A stretch of DNA of 64,000 bases from a virus (IMGVR_UViG_3300044711_000026:4999-68998), one strand, 5' to 3'; positions 44,469-54,225 are shown, counted from the stretch's first letter. The notes: generated by a model from the sequence alone, not told the origin. Program-made: numbers and translations.

Positions 44469-46750
44469 TTCTTCCCCTTCGGCTTGGCCGGCTCTGGCGG
44501 GTTCAGCGCCTGATGCGTTGAAATGGCCTGATCGTGCTGGTCCTGGCGGCTCTGTCTCACGTGATCAGCGACGTTCAATTGGTGCTCTTGATGCGCCTGA
44601 TGGGAGCCCAGTCCAGCCTTGATCAATTCTACCCCGGTCTTGCGGCGTGAATCAATCTCGGCCTGCTCCATCTCGCGGTGCTTCTTCTGGGTTTCGGCGT
44701 TGGCCTTCGCCACATCGGCTTGTGCCTTCTCAGCGTCCGCCTGATGAATGACCTGTTCTTTCACCAGATCGTCCTTATGGGTCTGGACCTGGGTGGCCAG
44801 TTCCTGCTGCTTCAGTTGGTTCTCGGTTGAGTCGTTGGCAATATCGGCATCAACCTTCTTCGCCTTGGTCTGAGCCTCGATGAGCTTGGCGGCATCGGCG
44901 GGTGCCGGCCCCTGCTGCGGCGGTGCGTCTCGTACCAAGCCTTCCGGCGCCTCGCGCATCGCGGCAAGCACGCGCAATAGCGCCTCTTTCGGATCAAGCA
45001 GCGGCTTGAATTCCGGGATCTGCAGCAACTGCACCAAGCCCAGCGCCTTTGCCACGCGATGGATATGGCTCGGTACGTTCGGATCGGAGACCGGAACAAG
45101 CTTGACGTTCTCAAGCGCGGCCAGCAGCCGTTGAGCGTCCCATTCCGGAAGTTCGTCGCCAGCCGCCGTCAGCAGGTCCTCCGGATGCCGGCGGAACAAC
45201 TCCACCAGCATGCCGATTTCTTCGCTCTGCGCGGTGTGCATGCCCTTGTGGGCCGCGGCCATGACCTTGGTGGCCTGCTCGATCTGGGCCAGCATCGTTC
45301 CAACAGGAACATTGGCGATGCCTTCAGCCGCGGGGATCTCCGCACCCTGCCCTAGCGCCTTGGACTGCTCGGTGATTTTGTCAATCAGGCTCAGCAGGCC
45401 GGGGGTGACGTCGCGGTACGGGTTGGGGAAGATGATCTGGCTGATCGGAAGACCATTAGTCTCTACTGGCTTCCACTCGCCAGGACCAACCTGAAAATCG
45501 GTGTTGATCTGCCTCCCGCCGAGCTTGGAAATCATGCCGCCCGGGAAGTTGGCGAACATGCCGGCGTCCAGCGCCTCGCGCCACGCTGCGGTCATCGCGG
45601 AAGAAGCATTTCCCAGCAGGTTGAGCATTCCTGTTCCATAGAACCCGGGCCCGGGAATGTAGGGATACCGCACGTACATTCGCTGGCGGTTGCAGTGCTC
45701 GTCGTGCTCGTCCCAGTCACGGCGAATCGACAGGATTTCCTCGTTGTCCCGATCGATCGTCACGAGGTATGGAAGTGGGATTCCCTTCCCCTTGAAATTG
45801 GACTTGGCTGGAATGAACTCGTCCAGATCAAGTTCGCACTGGCTTTCCCAGATCGTGTAGGGCTTGTCCTCGGGACGGTCGGGGGTCGGGTTGGTACCCT
45901 GGATGTCAGCGATCTTGCTGTCGATCGCGTCGGGTGACGGGTTCGGTGGCGGTGCGCCGGTCTTGCGATAGGCGCCCAGCATGACCATGCGCTTGAACAC
46001 CGAGGGGCGCATTTCGATCTGATGGGTGATTCGCCCGCAAGACCGCAGATCGGTCGACGTATCGGAAACGATGAGGTCCTTGCCTTCGACCTTCTCCGAA
46101 ACAGGCCTGCGCCGCATCGGGCAGCGGTAAATCTTCTTGAAGCCGCTCCCCCGGAAATACACGCCCCACAACAGCATGTGGCTGGTTTCCGGGTAGTACT
46201 CCACGGCCTTTTCGGTCAGGTAGCGGTTGACGGCCCGCTCCAGCCTGTCCGCGTCGTCGTCTTCCTGATTGGTCTCCCGGCCGTCTGACTTGACCTTGAC
46301 TGGGCCTTGCGCCGGCAGCAGCTCAGCTTCCGCGTTGGCCCAGCCCTTGAGGCACGCCTCGAGCAACAACGGATTTCGGACCTTGGACATCACCGGCCCT
46401 TCGCCGGTAGAGCTTACGTCAGATCCTGGGCTTTCGATCTTCAGCCCGAGGATGTCCATCCCGCGCCGGCCGTTGTCGAGCCAGCCTTGTCGGGATTGGT
46501 CGTCTGCCTTGATGCCGTCGATGAGATCGTTCTGGATGACGGAGAGCTTAATTCCGTCAATCTTGTCAACGATATTGGCGAACCAGGCTTCTTCCTTCTC
46601 GCCGAAACCAGCTTTGGGAGCGTCGAGCCTGACAATGACGCCGCCATCGGGTGTCTGCTCTGTGATAGTCCCAGTCTCAGGGTCAACGGTAATCGTCTGG
46701 CTTTCGCCATCGTCCACAACGACATGCAATGATCCGCTTTGCCCGGCCAC
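44465..46750 (-). CDS. portal protein (P22-like)
   Basis: 761 aa; NPLLLEACL, GSGFKKIY, YIPGPGFYGTG, ALDAGMFANFPGG, PVGTMLAQIEQ, PVSDPN; C-terminal coiled coil. Confidence 0.9.
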   Translation of the reverse strand: MAGQSGSLHVVVDDGESQTITVDPETGTITEQTPDGGVIVRLDAPKAGFGEKEEAWFANIVDKIDGIKLSVIQNDLIDGIKADDQSRQGWLDNGRRGMDILGLKIESPGSDVSSTGEGPVMSKVRNPLLLEACLKGWANAEAELLPAQGPVKVKSDGRETNQEDDDADRLERAVNRYLTEKAVEYYPETSHMLLWGVYFRGSGFKKIYRCPMRRRPVSEKVEGKDLIVSDTSTDLRSCGRITHQIEMRPSVFKRMVMLGAYRKTGAPPPNPSPDAIDSKIADIQGTNPTPDRPEDKPYTIWESQCELDLDEFIPAKSNFKGKGIPLPYLVTIDRDNEEILSIRRDWDEHDEHCNRQRMYVRYPYIPGPGFYGTGMLNLLGNASSAMTAAWREALDAGMFANFPGGMISKLGGRQINTDFQVGPGEWKPVETNGLPISQIIFPNPYRDVTPGLLSLIDKITEQSKALGQGAEIPAAEGIANVPVGTMLAQIEQATKVMAAAHKGMHTAQSEEIGMLVELFRRHPEDLLTAAGDELPEWDAQRLLAALENVKLVPVSDPNVPSHIHRVAKALGLVQLLQIPEFKPLLDPKEALLRVLAAMREAPEGLVRDAPPQQGPAPADAAKLIEAQTKAKKVDADIANDSTENQLKQQELATQVQTHKDDLVKEQVIHQADAEKAQADVAKANAETQKKHREMEQAEIDSRRKTGVELIKAGLGSHQAHQEHQLNVADHVRQSRQDQHDQAISTHQALNPPEPAKPKGKK

Positions 46751-46854
46751 GAGCTGCTTTCCAGTTGGGACCGGGCGTCGGTCATGTGGTGCCTGCGGCG
46801 GGCGGGCTAGGGATACATACTACCGATTTGGTGGCGCGTCCAATGAAGGCGAGG

Positions 46855-47100
46855 TCATTTCGGAGAACCGAGCCTCCTCAACCGGTCAATGTGCCTAATG
46901 ATCAAATCCCCGGACATCGGAGCGCCATGGCCGCCCCAGCCGAAGAACTCGTCAGCCTTGACCAGATATGATCTGGCTGTGGCGCTTGAATCTCTGTTCG
47001 AGGCCCAAACCAAGCGGATCTCCACGTAATCGGGAAACCCCGTGTCAGGCTCTATGCACGGAGCGCGGTCTAGGTCGCCTTGGGGTGGGAGACGGGGCAT
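46855..47100 (-). CDS. hypothetical protein
   Basis: 81 aa, GAGGA SD. Confidence 0.5.
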   Translation of the reverse strand: MPRLPPQGDLDRAPCIEPDTGFPDYVEIRLVWASNRDSSATARSYLVKADEFFGWGGHGAPMSGDLIIRHIDRLRRLGSPK

Positions 47101-47303
47101 TCATTCCTCAGTCTTTGATGTTAAAGAAAACCTATTTGGCGGTGCATCGCGACCGGCCCTCAGCAGTGAGCGCAGACCGACGATCACTTCGGGTTCGCAG
47201 CGACAGTATGACCGGACTTTCTCACCGTCGTTTGGAATGCGCAGCACTGGACTTACCCCGATCTGCGCCGACTTGTGAGCGAGTGACCCGACAGTAACCC
47301 CCG

Positions 47304-47501
47304 CTACCTCACACTTCCCGGCGATGCACCGCCAAATAGGTAATCCGCAGCACGACGCAGCGCGTCTGCTACTGCTTTGCGCGATCTTTCGTCGTCCGCA
47401 ACGTCCTCAACAAAAATCTCCAATCTGCCATCCCAGTGCTCTTTTAGACGCACCGTATAGCATACTGGTGGGCGATGGTCCGCAAGATCGACGACACTCA
47501 T
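47304..47501 (-). CDS. hypothetical protein
   Basis: MSVVDLADHRPP...; GGGA SD. Confidence 0.5.
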   Translation of the reverse strand: MSVVDLADHRPPVCYTVRLKEHWDGRLEIFVEDVADDERSRKAVADALRRAADYLFGGASPGSVR

Positions 47502-47530
47502 GTTTTCCCTGACTGCTGAGCAGTAGTCTA

Positions 47531-47806
47531 TCACTGAATCGGCTTCAGGATCGACGAGCGCCGCGAGGCTCGCTCCGTCGTGCCAGACGACACCGCAGCA
47601 TGAATCTTATATTTCAGGTCGTCGCAGGCAAGGTTGAGGTCCGCAGCCTGCCGGCCTGACATGACCGAGGCAAAGCCGTCTTTCATGCAAACGACAATCC
47701 CGATTGTGGAAAAGTTGCCTTCAAGGGCCTGAGCCAGGGTTTCCTTCAGCAGATCGACGATTGCGATCTGGTCTTCGTTCAGTCTGCTTGATCCGATGAT
47801 GGTCAT
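47531..47806 (-). CDS. hypothetical protein
   Basis: 91 aa, ATGA-coupled. Confidence 0.6.
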   Translation of the reverse strand: MTIIGSSRLNEDQIAIVDLLKETLAQALEGNFSTIGIVVCMKDGFASVMSGRQAADLNLACDDLKYKIHAAVSSGTTERASRRSSILKPIQ

Positions 47807-48057
47807 AGGCCACGCGCTCCGTGCTTTGCCAATTGAATATTAAGTGACATCGACTCGCGTATCAGCTCAGATGTTTTGTCTCGGTGTGACGAGTCATTGA
47901 ATTTGGCCGCAAGATCAAGGCACTTCTGATAAAGAGCATTGGCTTGTGCCCATTTACCATCCCTCTCCAAGAGCACGATCTCTCCGTCAATCACCTTCAT
48001 CTGCTGTTCGATTTCGGTGTCTATCAGCTTGCCGCCGATGATGCGTGGTCCGGTCAT
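47803..48057 (-). CDS. hypothetical protein
   Basis: MTGPRIIGG..., ATGA-coupled. Confidence 0.55.
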   Translation of the reverse strand: MTGPRIIGGKLIDTEIEQQMKVIDGEIVLLERDGKWAQANALYQKCLDLAAKFNDSSHRDKTSELIRESMSLNIQLAKHGARGL

Positions 48058-48407
48058 GCGATAATCCTCCGTTGCAACTCTCTTGCCTTCATCCGCTCCC
48101 AACGATGGTCTGCGTCAAGCGGGATGGAATGGTGAGGGCGGTCTGATCTCTCCGACCATTTGGCGTGGCTGAACTCGGCGACGGGTCTCTCCACAAAATC
48201 ACTATAACGGTTCCCATACATATTTAACTCACTCGAATAACGCGCCATGCCTTCAATGGGGAAGGTGATATCCCCAATCGCATCCGGCAATAGCAGCATA
48301 TTCTTGACTGGCATAATGACGGTGGATCGGACGATAGCTGGCGCGCAGACCAGAGCAAGCCCGAGGCCAGTTAGGAAGGATCGTCGTGACGAAATAATTT
48401 CAGTCAT
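48054..48407 (-). CDS. protein with twin-arginine-like N-terminus
   Basis: SSRRSFLTGLGLALVCAPAIVRS. Confidence 0.6.
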   Translation of the reverse strand: MTEIISSRRSFLTGLGLALVCAPAIVRSTVIMPVKNMLLLPDAIGDITFPIEGMARYSSELNMYGNRYSDFVERPVAEFSHAKWSERSDRPHHSIPLDADHRWERMKARELQRRIIA

Positions 48408-48730
48408 GAGAAATACCCTCGCTCCACCATCTCATCAATCCACGGGATGATCTCAGCCATCGCCTTGCCCTTCTGCTTCTCTCGCCAGCCAACCTTGGTC
48501 GTGCACAGGATGAAATTTACCTGCCAATATGGCGTGTTCAGGCGTTCGCACCATGGAAGCGGGTCACTAGTCATATTCTATCGTCTCATGATGTGTCGGA
48601 TGCCACAGCGGCAAGTCTATCAATTTAACCCGCATACTGGTGATAGGTTTTGGTTCTGACTTCGGCACAGACTTATCATCGCCCAGCATTCGAGAGCGAA
48701 TGTCGGCATAGTCAAATACCAGCGGTCCGA

Positions 48731-48940
48731 TCATTCTATGCCCTCATCACCAAAAAGAGACCGCAACGTATCAGATGCTCCGCTCCCGACATGATACAGC
48801 ATGTCTCTGGCAGTAGCGGAGGGTAGCCACTTGCTACCGTCCCAAATCTCGAATTCGAATATTTGCTCTGGTGGCGTGCCGGGAGGATACTTCGGGTCAA
48901 TCCTGACATCACCAGTAAGTAGCTTCTTTGCATCGGTCAT
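48731..48940 (-). CDS. hypothetical protein
   Basis: 69 aa, coupled. Confidence 0.5.
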   Translation of the reverse strand: MTDAKKLLTGDVRIDPKYPPGTPPEQIFEFEIWDGSKWLPSATARDMLYHVGSGASDTLRSLFGDEGIE

Positions 48941-49113
48941 TTGAACAGATCCTTGATGCTTTCCTTCGGGTCCTTTAGCCGCGACTTATCCTTGATCTCA
49001 GTGCGCTCCGCTTCCAAGCGCTGCACATGCCGGAACTTAGGGCTCTTGGTGTTGCCGCGATGGCTACCCGACTTGCCGTGCTTCTTCATTCCGATGCCCT
49101 TGGTGCCGCTCAT
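48937..49113 (-). CDS. small basic protein (58 aa)
   Basis: read by hand: MSGTKGIGMKKHGKSGSHRG...; TGATG overlap with the TerL stop. Confidence 0.55.
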   Translation of the reverse strand: MSGTKGIGMKKHGKSGSHRGNTKSPKFRHVQRLEAERTEIKDKSRLKDPKESIKDLFK

Positions 49114-50867
49114 CACGAGAAATACCCCTCTGCCACCGATCCGCGCTTCAGCTTGGCCAAGTCGCGAATCTGCTCCTCGACCTCGATCGCCTTGCTCTCT
49201 TCGTCGGTGTTGGCCAGTCCGAGCGAACGCAAATGCTTCACGGCCTGTGTGGCGCTGTCGGTCAAATCCCGGTACTTGTGCTTCGGGAACGATTCCATTT
49301 CAGAAATAACCATATCCGCCCAGTCCCGAGCGGGCGCGTAAACCAGAAGCTGTGAGAACGTCGGCTGCGCCGCATAGGCCCGCGCTTCCTTGCTGCCTGC
49401 CACCTGACAGAGCTGCACCGCAAAATCCAGCCGGCCATACCTGTTCGATAGCTCCTGCGCCGCACTGATCCCGCTCGCCTTTGCTTCTATCAGAAGTTTT
49501 TCGACCCGGAAACGCTCGCATGTGTATTTCACCCATTCCATCAGGCCCCATGTGGGTTGGGTGCGCTGGACCCAGTGCTGCTTGCTCTCGCCCGGCGCCA
49601 TGTCCATCCGGGGCCCGGAGAACTGCAGGTGCTTGCGCCAGGCATGCACCAGCATGATCCTAGGTTGCCCCCCACTAGAAACTTCTGAGTGCCAGATTTT
49701 CCCAGTCTTTGGATCAGCGCGGCCGTTAACCAGCGTCGTTTCCAAACTAGGAAGTGTGAACACGCCCCATACCGTCAGCGCGCTCGGGTCGTTGCGCTCC
49801 TGCTCGGTGAAGGCCGAATCGAGCGAGGCCACCAGATAGTCAAAGACAGGGAAGCGGCCATCCGGGCTTTCCCATAGCTGCCACCATTCGCGCCTGAAGA
49901 TACCACCACCGCGCGGTGCGGGACTCTGGCCATACTGCCCGGCTACGGCATACGGTCCGATATCGGTTTGGATCTTCTCCCAAACATCTTCGGAAAACCG
50001 CTCCGGCCATGCCAGCATCCCGTTAACCTCGTCCGCATCGCCCTCGTCGTACCGCGGATCGTACCAGCCGATCGATGTTCGAACTGGCTCATAATGCTCA
50101 TCGGTCTGACGGCCAAAGTCGTATTCCATCGGAATCATCAGGTGTTCATAGGCCATGCCCATTTCAAGGATGACCCCAGAAACGTCGTCGCCGTGCAGCC
50201 GCTGCATGATGACGATGATAACGTCCGCCTCCATGTCGTTCAGGCGGTTGGACATCGATTCCCGGAACCAACGGATTGTCTCGCCGCGAACGATCTCGGA
50301 TTCGGCTTCCTTGACGTTGTGGGGATCGTCCAGAATGACGCGATTGCCGCGCTCGCCCGTGCCGACGCCCCCAACCGATGACGCCAGCTTCCAGCCCGTC
50401 GCCTGATTGGACACCATCTTGGCGCCAAGCATCACGACCTGGACCTTTTGGCCGTACAAGTCTTGATACTCCGGCGACGACACCAGAGCGCCGAACCTGC
50501 GATTGTCACGCTCGGTCAGGCTGGACGAGTAGGAGAACGTCACGTAGCGGAGATGAGCGCCGATCGTGGCCCATTCCCATGCTGGCCAGAACACGTCCAC
50601 CAGCAAACTTTTCATGAAACCGGGCGGAACATTTATAAGAAGCCGCGTGATCTCGCCCCGCGACACCGCCTCAAGGTGCAGGCAGATCGCGTGCAGTGGC
50701 CAGCCATCGACGAACTTGGTCTGAGGCTCAAGGATGTGCCAGAAGTGCTTGACGAAGCGGAGCAGCCCGCCAGGGGATGAGAAGCTATTGCGCAGCAGCC
50801 GGCGTTGAGCTTCTTTCTGGAGGCTCTCCAAGCGTCGGCGGGTGTCTGGGTCTAGCTTGAGGGTCAT
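49113..50867 (-). CDS. terL: terminase large subunit
   Basis: Walker A INVPPGFMKS, Walker B ILDDPHN, IMQRLH, nuclease SLDSAFT..DPSALTVWGVF, DLTDSATQA. Confidence 0.95.
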   Translation of the reverse strand: MTLKLDPDTRRRLESLQKEAQRRLLRNSFSSPGGLLRFVKHFWHILEPQTKFVDGWPLHAICLHLEAVSRGEITRLLINVPPGFMKSLLVDVFWPAWEWATIGAHLRYVTFSYSSSLTERDNRRFGALVSSPEYQDLYGQKVQVVMLGAKMVSNQATGWKLASSVGGVGTGERGNRVILDDPHNVKEAESEIVRGETIRWFRESMSNRLNDMEADVIIVIMQRLHGDDVSGVILEMGMAYEHLMIPMEYDFGRQTDEHYEPVRTSIGWYDPRYDEGDADEVNGMLAWPERFSEDVWEKIQTDIGPYAVAGQYGQSPAPRGGGIFRREWWQLWESPDGRFPVFDYLVASLDSAFTEQERNDPSALTVWGVFTLPSLETTLVNGRADPKTGKIWHSEVSSGGQPRIMLVHAWRKHLQFSGPRMDMAPGESKQHWVQRTQPTWGLMEWVKYTCERFRVEKLLIEAKASGISAAQELSNRYGRLDFAVQLCQVAGSKEARAYAAQPTFSQLLVYAPARDWADMVISEMESFPKHKYRDLTDSATQAVKHLRSLGLANTDEESKAIEVEEQIRDLAKLKRGSVAEGYFS

Positions 50868-51079
50868 TTATGAAACGTGAATGGCACCTTGCAATGAGGA
50901 CAGCACTCTGGTGCTTTATCTCGCCACCGCAGGCCAGCAAAGCATCTTGGACATTGAACAGCGCTCCAGTCTGGACCTGACCCAATGTCGACGCCGACGA
51001 ACGTCACGCCGGCCCAACTCCCTTCAATAGCGTCCTTCAATCCGGCGGCTATCTTGTCGAATGCGAGCTTGGTCATCAC
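50864..51079 (-). CDS. small Zn-ribbon protein
   Basis: CPRC...CPHC. Confidence 0.5.
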   Translation of the reverse strand: MMTKLAFDKIAAGLKDAIEGSWAGVTFVGVDIGSGPDWSAVQCPRCFAGLRWRDKAPECCPHCKVPFTFHK

Positions 51080-51216
51080 TCATCCTCTCTTGTTAATGCG
51101 GGAGCCATGAACCTTGAACGGCAGCGATGCCTAACCAACCACGATCCGCAGGTTCATTTTCTGAAAGCCGACCCTCCCGCTAGCCGACCGAAAGGAACAT
51201 CGCGGTCGGTGACTGA

Positions 51217-51456
51217 TTAGCTCCTAGGAGTGATATTGATATCGCAACCGAGCGTGTTAGCCCACCGGACCAACAGTTTCATGGACGGCTGCTTGTTTCC
51301 ATTCTCGCAGAATTTGATCGTGCCTGGCGCGACATGCATCAGGCTGGCCAAGTCATCTCTGGACATTCCCCATGCCTCGCGCGCTCGCACCAGTTCTGCA
51401 ACGATCTTGGACAGCATTAAGGATTCCTGCTCGGTTGAAATGAGCGTCCTGTTCAC
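51217..51456 (-). CDS. XRE-family HTH protein
   Basis: LVRAREAWGMSRDDLASLMHVAPGTIKFCENGNKQPS. Confidence 0.85.
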   Translation of the reverse strand: MNRTLISTEQESLMLSKIVAELVRAREAWGMSRDDLASLMHVAPGTIKFCENGNKQPSMKLLVRWANTLGCDINITPRS

Positions 51457-51740
51457 GCGCGAGCGCCGGCCCGTTCGATCGCAGCTTGGCCGAGAGGAAG
51501 GTCAGCGAGCATCCCCAAGGCTGCCTTGTAGGTTTCCAGGATCGTCTCATGTTCAGCCCGCTTGTTCGCATCCTGCTTTCGAATGCGGACTATCTCGCGC
51601 AATGCCTTAACGTCGAAGCCTTGAGACTTCGATTCAGCGTAGATATCGCTGATGTCGGAGGTGATCTCAGCCTTGGATTCCTCCAGGCACTCAATCCGCT
51701 CGACGATGGATCGGATTTGGTCGTGAGATACGGTGGTCAT
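51453..51740 (-). CDS. gapR: GapR/DUF2312 nucleoid-associated protein
   Basis: QIRSIVERIECLEESKAEITSDISDIYAESKSQGFDVKALREIVRIRKQD...ILETYKAALGM. Confidence 0.9.
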   Translation of the reverse strand: MTTVSHDQIRSIVERIECLEESKAEITSDISDIYAESKSQGFDVKALREIVRIRKQDANKRAEHETILETYKAALGMLADLPLGQAAIERAGARA

Positions 51741-51854
51741 TTCGCGCGTTCCTTCTGATTTGCCTTTTTCTTCTTCGGTGGTTTGACAGTCCAGCCGTGG
51801 CGCCGCAGTTCTCCCTTTTCTGCCTTGGCCTTGGCTTCAGCTTGACGGCGGTAG

Positions 51855-52226
51855 TCAGCGCTGCACGTCGATCATGATGGTGTGATCCTTGAGACGATCC
51901 GGGATTCCATCGGTGGGGAGCATCGCAGTCAGACCGCCGCCTTTCCGGATTTTGACTGTCATGCCAAGATCGGATTCCAGCTTGGATCTGAACTCGGGCC
52001 AATTGTCTCCCGTGACGTTCGGCGCCTCGGTCGGCATCCCAGGGCATTGCCCCAGGATTGTCTTCTGCATCTCCTGCCACAGGTCCTTGCTGCCGAAGTG
52101 ATGCGTCCAGATCGAATGGCCCATCAGATATTCGGCGGCCTCGTGCATCTCCTGGAACGAGCAGAGCAGCACCCCGGAGGATAGTGAGGCAATAACGGGT
52201 GTTGGGAAGTCGCGAGTTTCTGTCAT
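51855..52226 (-). CDS. conserved phage hypothetical protein
   Basis: MTETRDFPT...SGVLL..F..MHE..EYLMGHSIWTH. Confidence 0.6.
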   Translation of the reverse strand: MTETRDFPTPVIASLSSGVLLCSFQEMHEAAEYLMGHSIWTHHFGSKDLWQEMQKTILGQCPGMPTEAPNVTGDNWPEFRSKLESDLGMTVKIRKGGGLTAMLPTDGIPDRLKDHTIMIDVQR

Positions 52227-52522
52227 TTTCTTTGTTCCTTCTTTTCGGCTTGACGACGCTTTCGCATCAGTTCCCTTTGATATGCCTTCCGATCGAACGT
52301 TCCTCGAGGTGCACGTTTGGATTTGGTGGACGGCAAGGGTGTTGAACCCTTTTCCAGACACGGTGCCTGCTCGCGCGCTTCCTGTATCTTGTCTACCGAG
52401 ATGCCGCCCGATTTTTGTGGCATTCCTCCCGCCAATAATGCTGGCATTGGCGTGCAACGGTGACGGCTACCGACCAAGGCTAGGTTCGCATTGCACCTAG
52501 GACAGCGTTCAATCTTGATCAT
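52223..52522 (-). CDS. Zn-ribbon/basic protein, second gene of an operator-led cassette
   Basis: CPRCNAN..HRC; FDRKAYQRELMRKRR. Confidence 0.6.
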   Translation of the reverse strand: MIKIERCPRCNANLALVGSRHRCTPMPALLAGGMPQKSGGISVDKIQEAREQAPCLEKGSTPLPSTKSKRAPRGTFDRKAYQRELMRKRRQAEKKEQRK

Positions 52523-52695
52523 TGGTCATCCAACCAATTCTTGGATGCGACCTGAGACCATACCTTAGAGCCGGACATAACACGGGTCGCCTTGAGACTT
52601 CCCTGAAAGCCGAAAGCCACCGTGTACTGATTGCGACCTATGTGGGTGATCTTGACCCACTTGATGCCTTGGCGCTTGGTGCTCTCTGTGTTCAT
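52519..52695 (-). CDS. 58-aa protein, likely leaderless
   Basis: read by hand: MNTESTKRQGIKWVKITHIGRNQY...; ATGA-coupled to the next gene. Confidence 0.55.
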   Translation of the reverse strand: MNTESTKRQGIKWVKITHIGRNQYTVAFGFQGSLKATRVMSGSKVWSQVASKNWLDDQ

Positions 52696-52697
52696 GC

Positions 52698-52731
52698 CGT
52701 TAGTCTAACCACACTTGTTAGACTAACGCAA
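52698..52731 (-). promoter_or_regulatory. promoter with overlapping 12-bp inverted-repeat operator
   Basis: TTGCGT-N18-TAGACT-N6-ATG; IR CGTTAGTCTAAC-N7-GTTAGACTAACG. Confidence 0.65.
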
Positions 52732-52735
52732 GCCC

Positions 52736-52945
52736 CTATTTCTCTTCCGGCTCGTTCTGATCCGACGTCGTCAAGCAATCCTCATGAAAACAGTCACGAT
52801 GAAGAACCCCAACGGAATCCAGCCATTCCACATCAATAAGCTGCTTATCGTCGTGGAATGGGTCCGAAACGGTCATCTTATGACCGCCTGATTTGAGCTG
52901 GACAACGGTTCCAGTTTCAAACTTCCTGATCACGGCTATCCTCAT
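52736..52945 (-). CDS. YodC/DUF2158-family protein
   Basis: GTVVQLKSGGHKMTV...VEWLD....HRDCFHEDCL. Confidence 0.75.
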   Translation of the reverse strand: MRIAVIRKFETGTVVQLKSGGHKMTVSDPFHDDKQLIDVEWLDSVGVLHRDCFHEDCLTTSDQNEPEEK

Positions 52946-53580
52946 TCGTCACCACCCTTATCTGTCTGATCGGTAAGAAGAAGTTGCGCCGTCTTCGCCA
53001 GTTCCGTCACCAGTTCCGCGTCGCTTAGCTTGTCGAACTCGCCAGCGCGCCCGATTTCATGCCGGTGCACGTCGCGCCACTGGTCCTTGCGGCGGTTCTT
53101 GAGCCAGAAGATGCAGGCCGTAGTGTCAGGTGGAACATGCTCTAGGTACGGGACAATCACAGCGTCTTCTACCCGGGTAGAACCCTTCGGAAGGAAAATC
53201 TTAACGCTTTCATAGGTGTAGCCAATGGCGCGGGTGTAAAGGCTGCGCTCCACACGGTCATCGGCTACCGATTTCCCAACTTTTAAGGCCTCCCCGAACT
53301 CAGGATGTTCCGTCTTCCATTCGGAAATGGTCGAGATGTTGACCTTGAAAAAACTGGCGATCTCGACATCGACGGCACCTAGCTTGCATAGTTTTGTGGC
53401 CTGCTCCGGGAACTCTGGTTTGTAGGCCGGAGGTCGCCCCATCTTGACCATGCGAGTTAGCGTATCTCCGTCTGGCATCTCATCCAGTTCAGCCATTCCT
53501 CCGTCGTCCCCAATAACGCCCTCAGCACGATCGGCTGCGCGCTTGATCTCTGCTTTTGAGGGTTTGCGGGGCTTTTTCAT
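52942..53580 (-). CDS. terS: terminase small subunit (HTH type)
   Basis: GRPPAYKPEF..QATKLCKLGA.D.EIA.FF.V..STI.EWK..HPEF; PPDTTACIFWLKNRR..QWRD. Confidence 0.8.
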   Translation of the reverse strand: MKKPRKPSKAEIKRAADRAEGVIGDDGGMAELDEMPDGDTLTRMVKMGRPPAYKPEFPEQATKLCKLGAVDVEIASFFKVNISTISEWKTEHPEFGEALKVGKSVADDRVERSLYTRAIGYTYESVKIFLPKGSTRVEDAVIVPYLEHVPPDTTACIFWLKNRRKDQWRDVHRHEIGRAGEFDKLSDAELVTELAKTAQLLLTDQTDKGGDE

Positions 53581-53934
53581 GGGTTGGCCAGCAGGATCTC
53601 GTCAATGATAGCATTGTGCCGATCTGCGCCGCAGTTGCAGTAATCGTGAGGGCTTGTGTCATTGCAGCACTGACCGCTCTTGGGACATGAGTACCAGCAA
53701 TCGTCACAGACGTAGTGGGATTGGCGCAGCAGTTCCATTTTCTCGCGGAGGTTCATGCCAAGTTATCCCGCCACAGCTCAAGCCATATCGCCTCGTTCAA
53801 CTCCGATTCGCTCGCGATCAGGGCCGGCGCGTGGCGCAGGAACTCCATTGCTTTAAGTTCCTCGGTTTCCTGCAGGGTTCTTGTCCTGGTGCGCGGAATG
53901 AACTGGATGATTTCTGCGGTCATGATCGTATTCC

Positions 53935-54225
53935 TCAGATATACTTCGGCATCGTCGCCCCACCACAGAAACCGGTAGGCGTTCCGTTGTGGTCTTGGTG
54001 GGACCAGCGCCAGAACATGCATTCCGCGGCGATACAGTGGGTAGGAGCGGTGTGACGAGCGTAGCCCATGGAGGTCATCGAACCTGATCCCAGGCTGATG
54101 CTGTGAGCTTCAATAGGAACGTGCTCCACATGTCCAGATGGAGACAGCGCGTCTGCCGCAGGAAAGCTTTGCGGACATCTCTTCATCTTCGCCTCGTCCT
54201 CAGTCAGCATATCGCGAACTGTCAT
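53935..54225 (-). CDS. Cys-containing hypothetical protein
   Basis: TEDEAK.K.CP...HCIAAECMFWRW...GFCG. Confidence 0.6.
   Translation of the reverse strand: MTVRDMLTEDEAKMKRCPQSFPAADALSPSGHVEHVPIEAHSISLGSGSMTSMGYARHTAPTHCIAAECMFWRWSHQDHNGTPTGFCGGATMPKYI

Noticed and set aside
47205-47225. GAGAAAGUCCGG resembling the RNase P RNA conserved region
   Set aside because: The gap is too short and the other universally conserved RNase P segments are not evident
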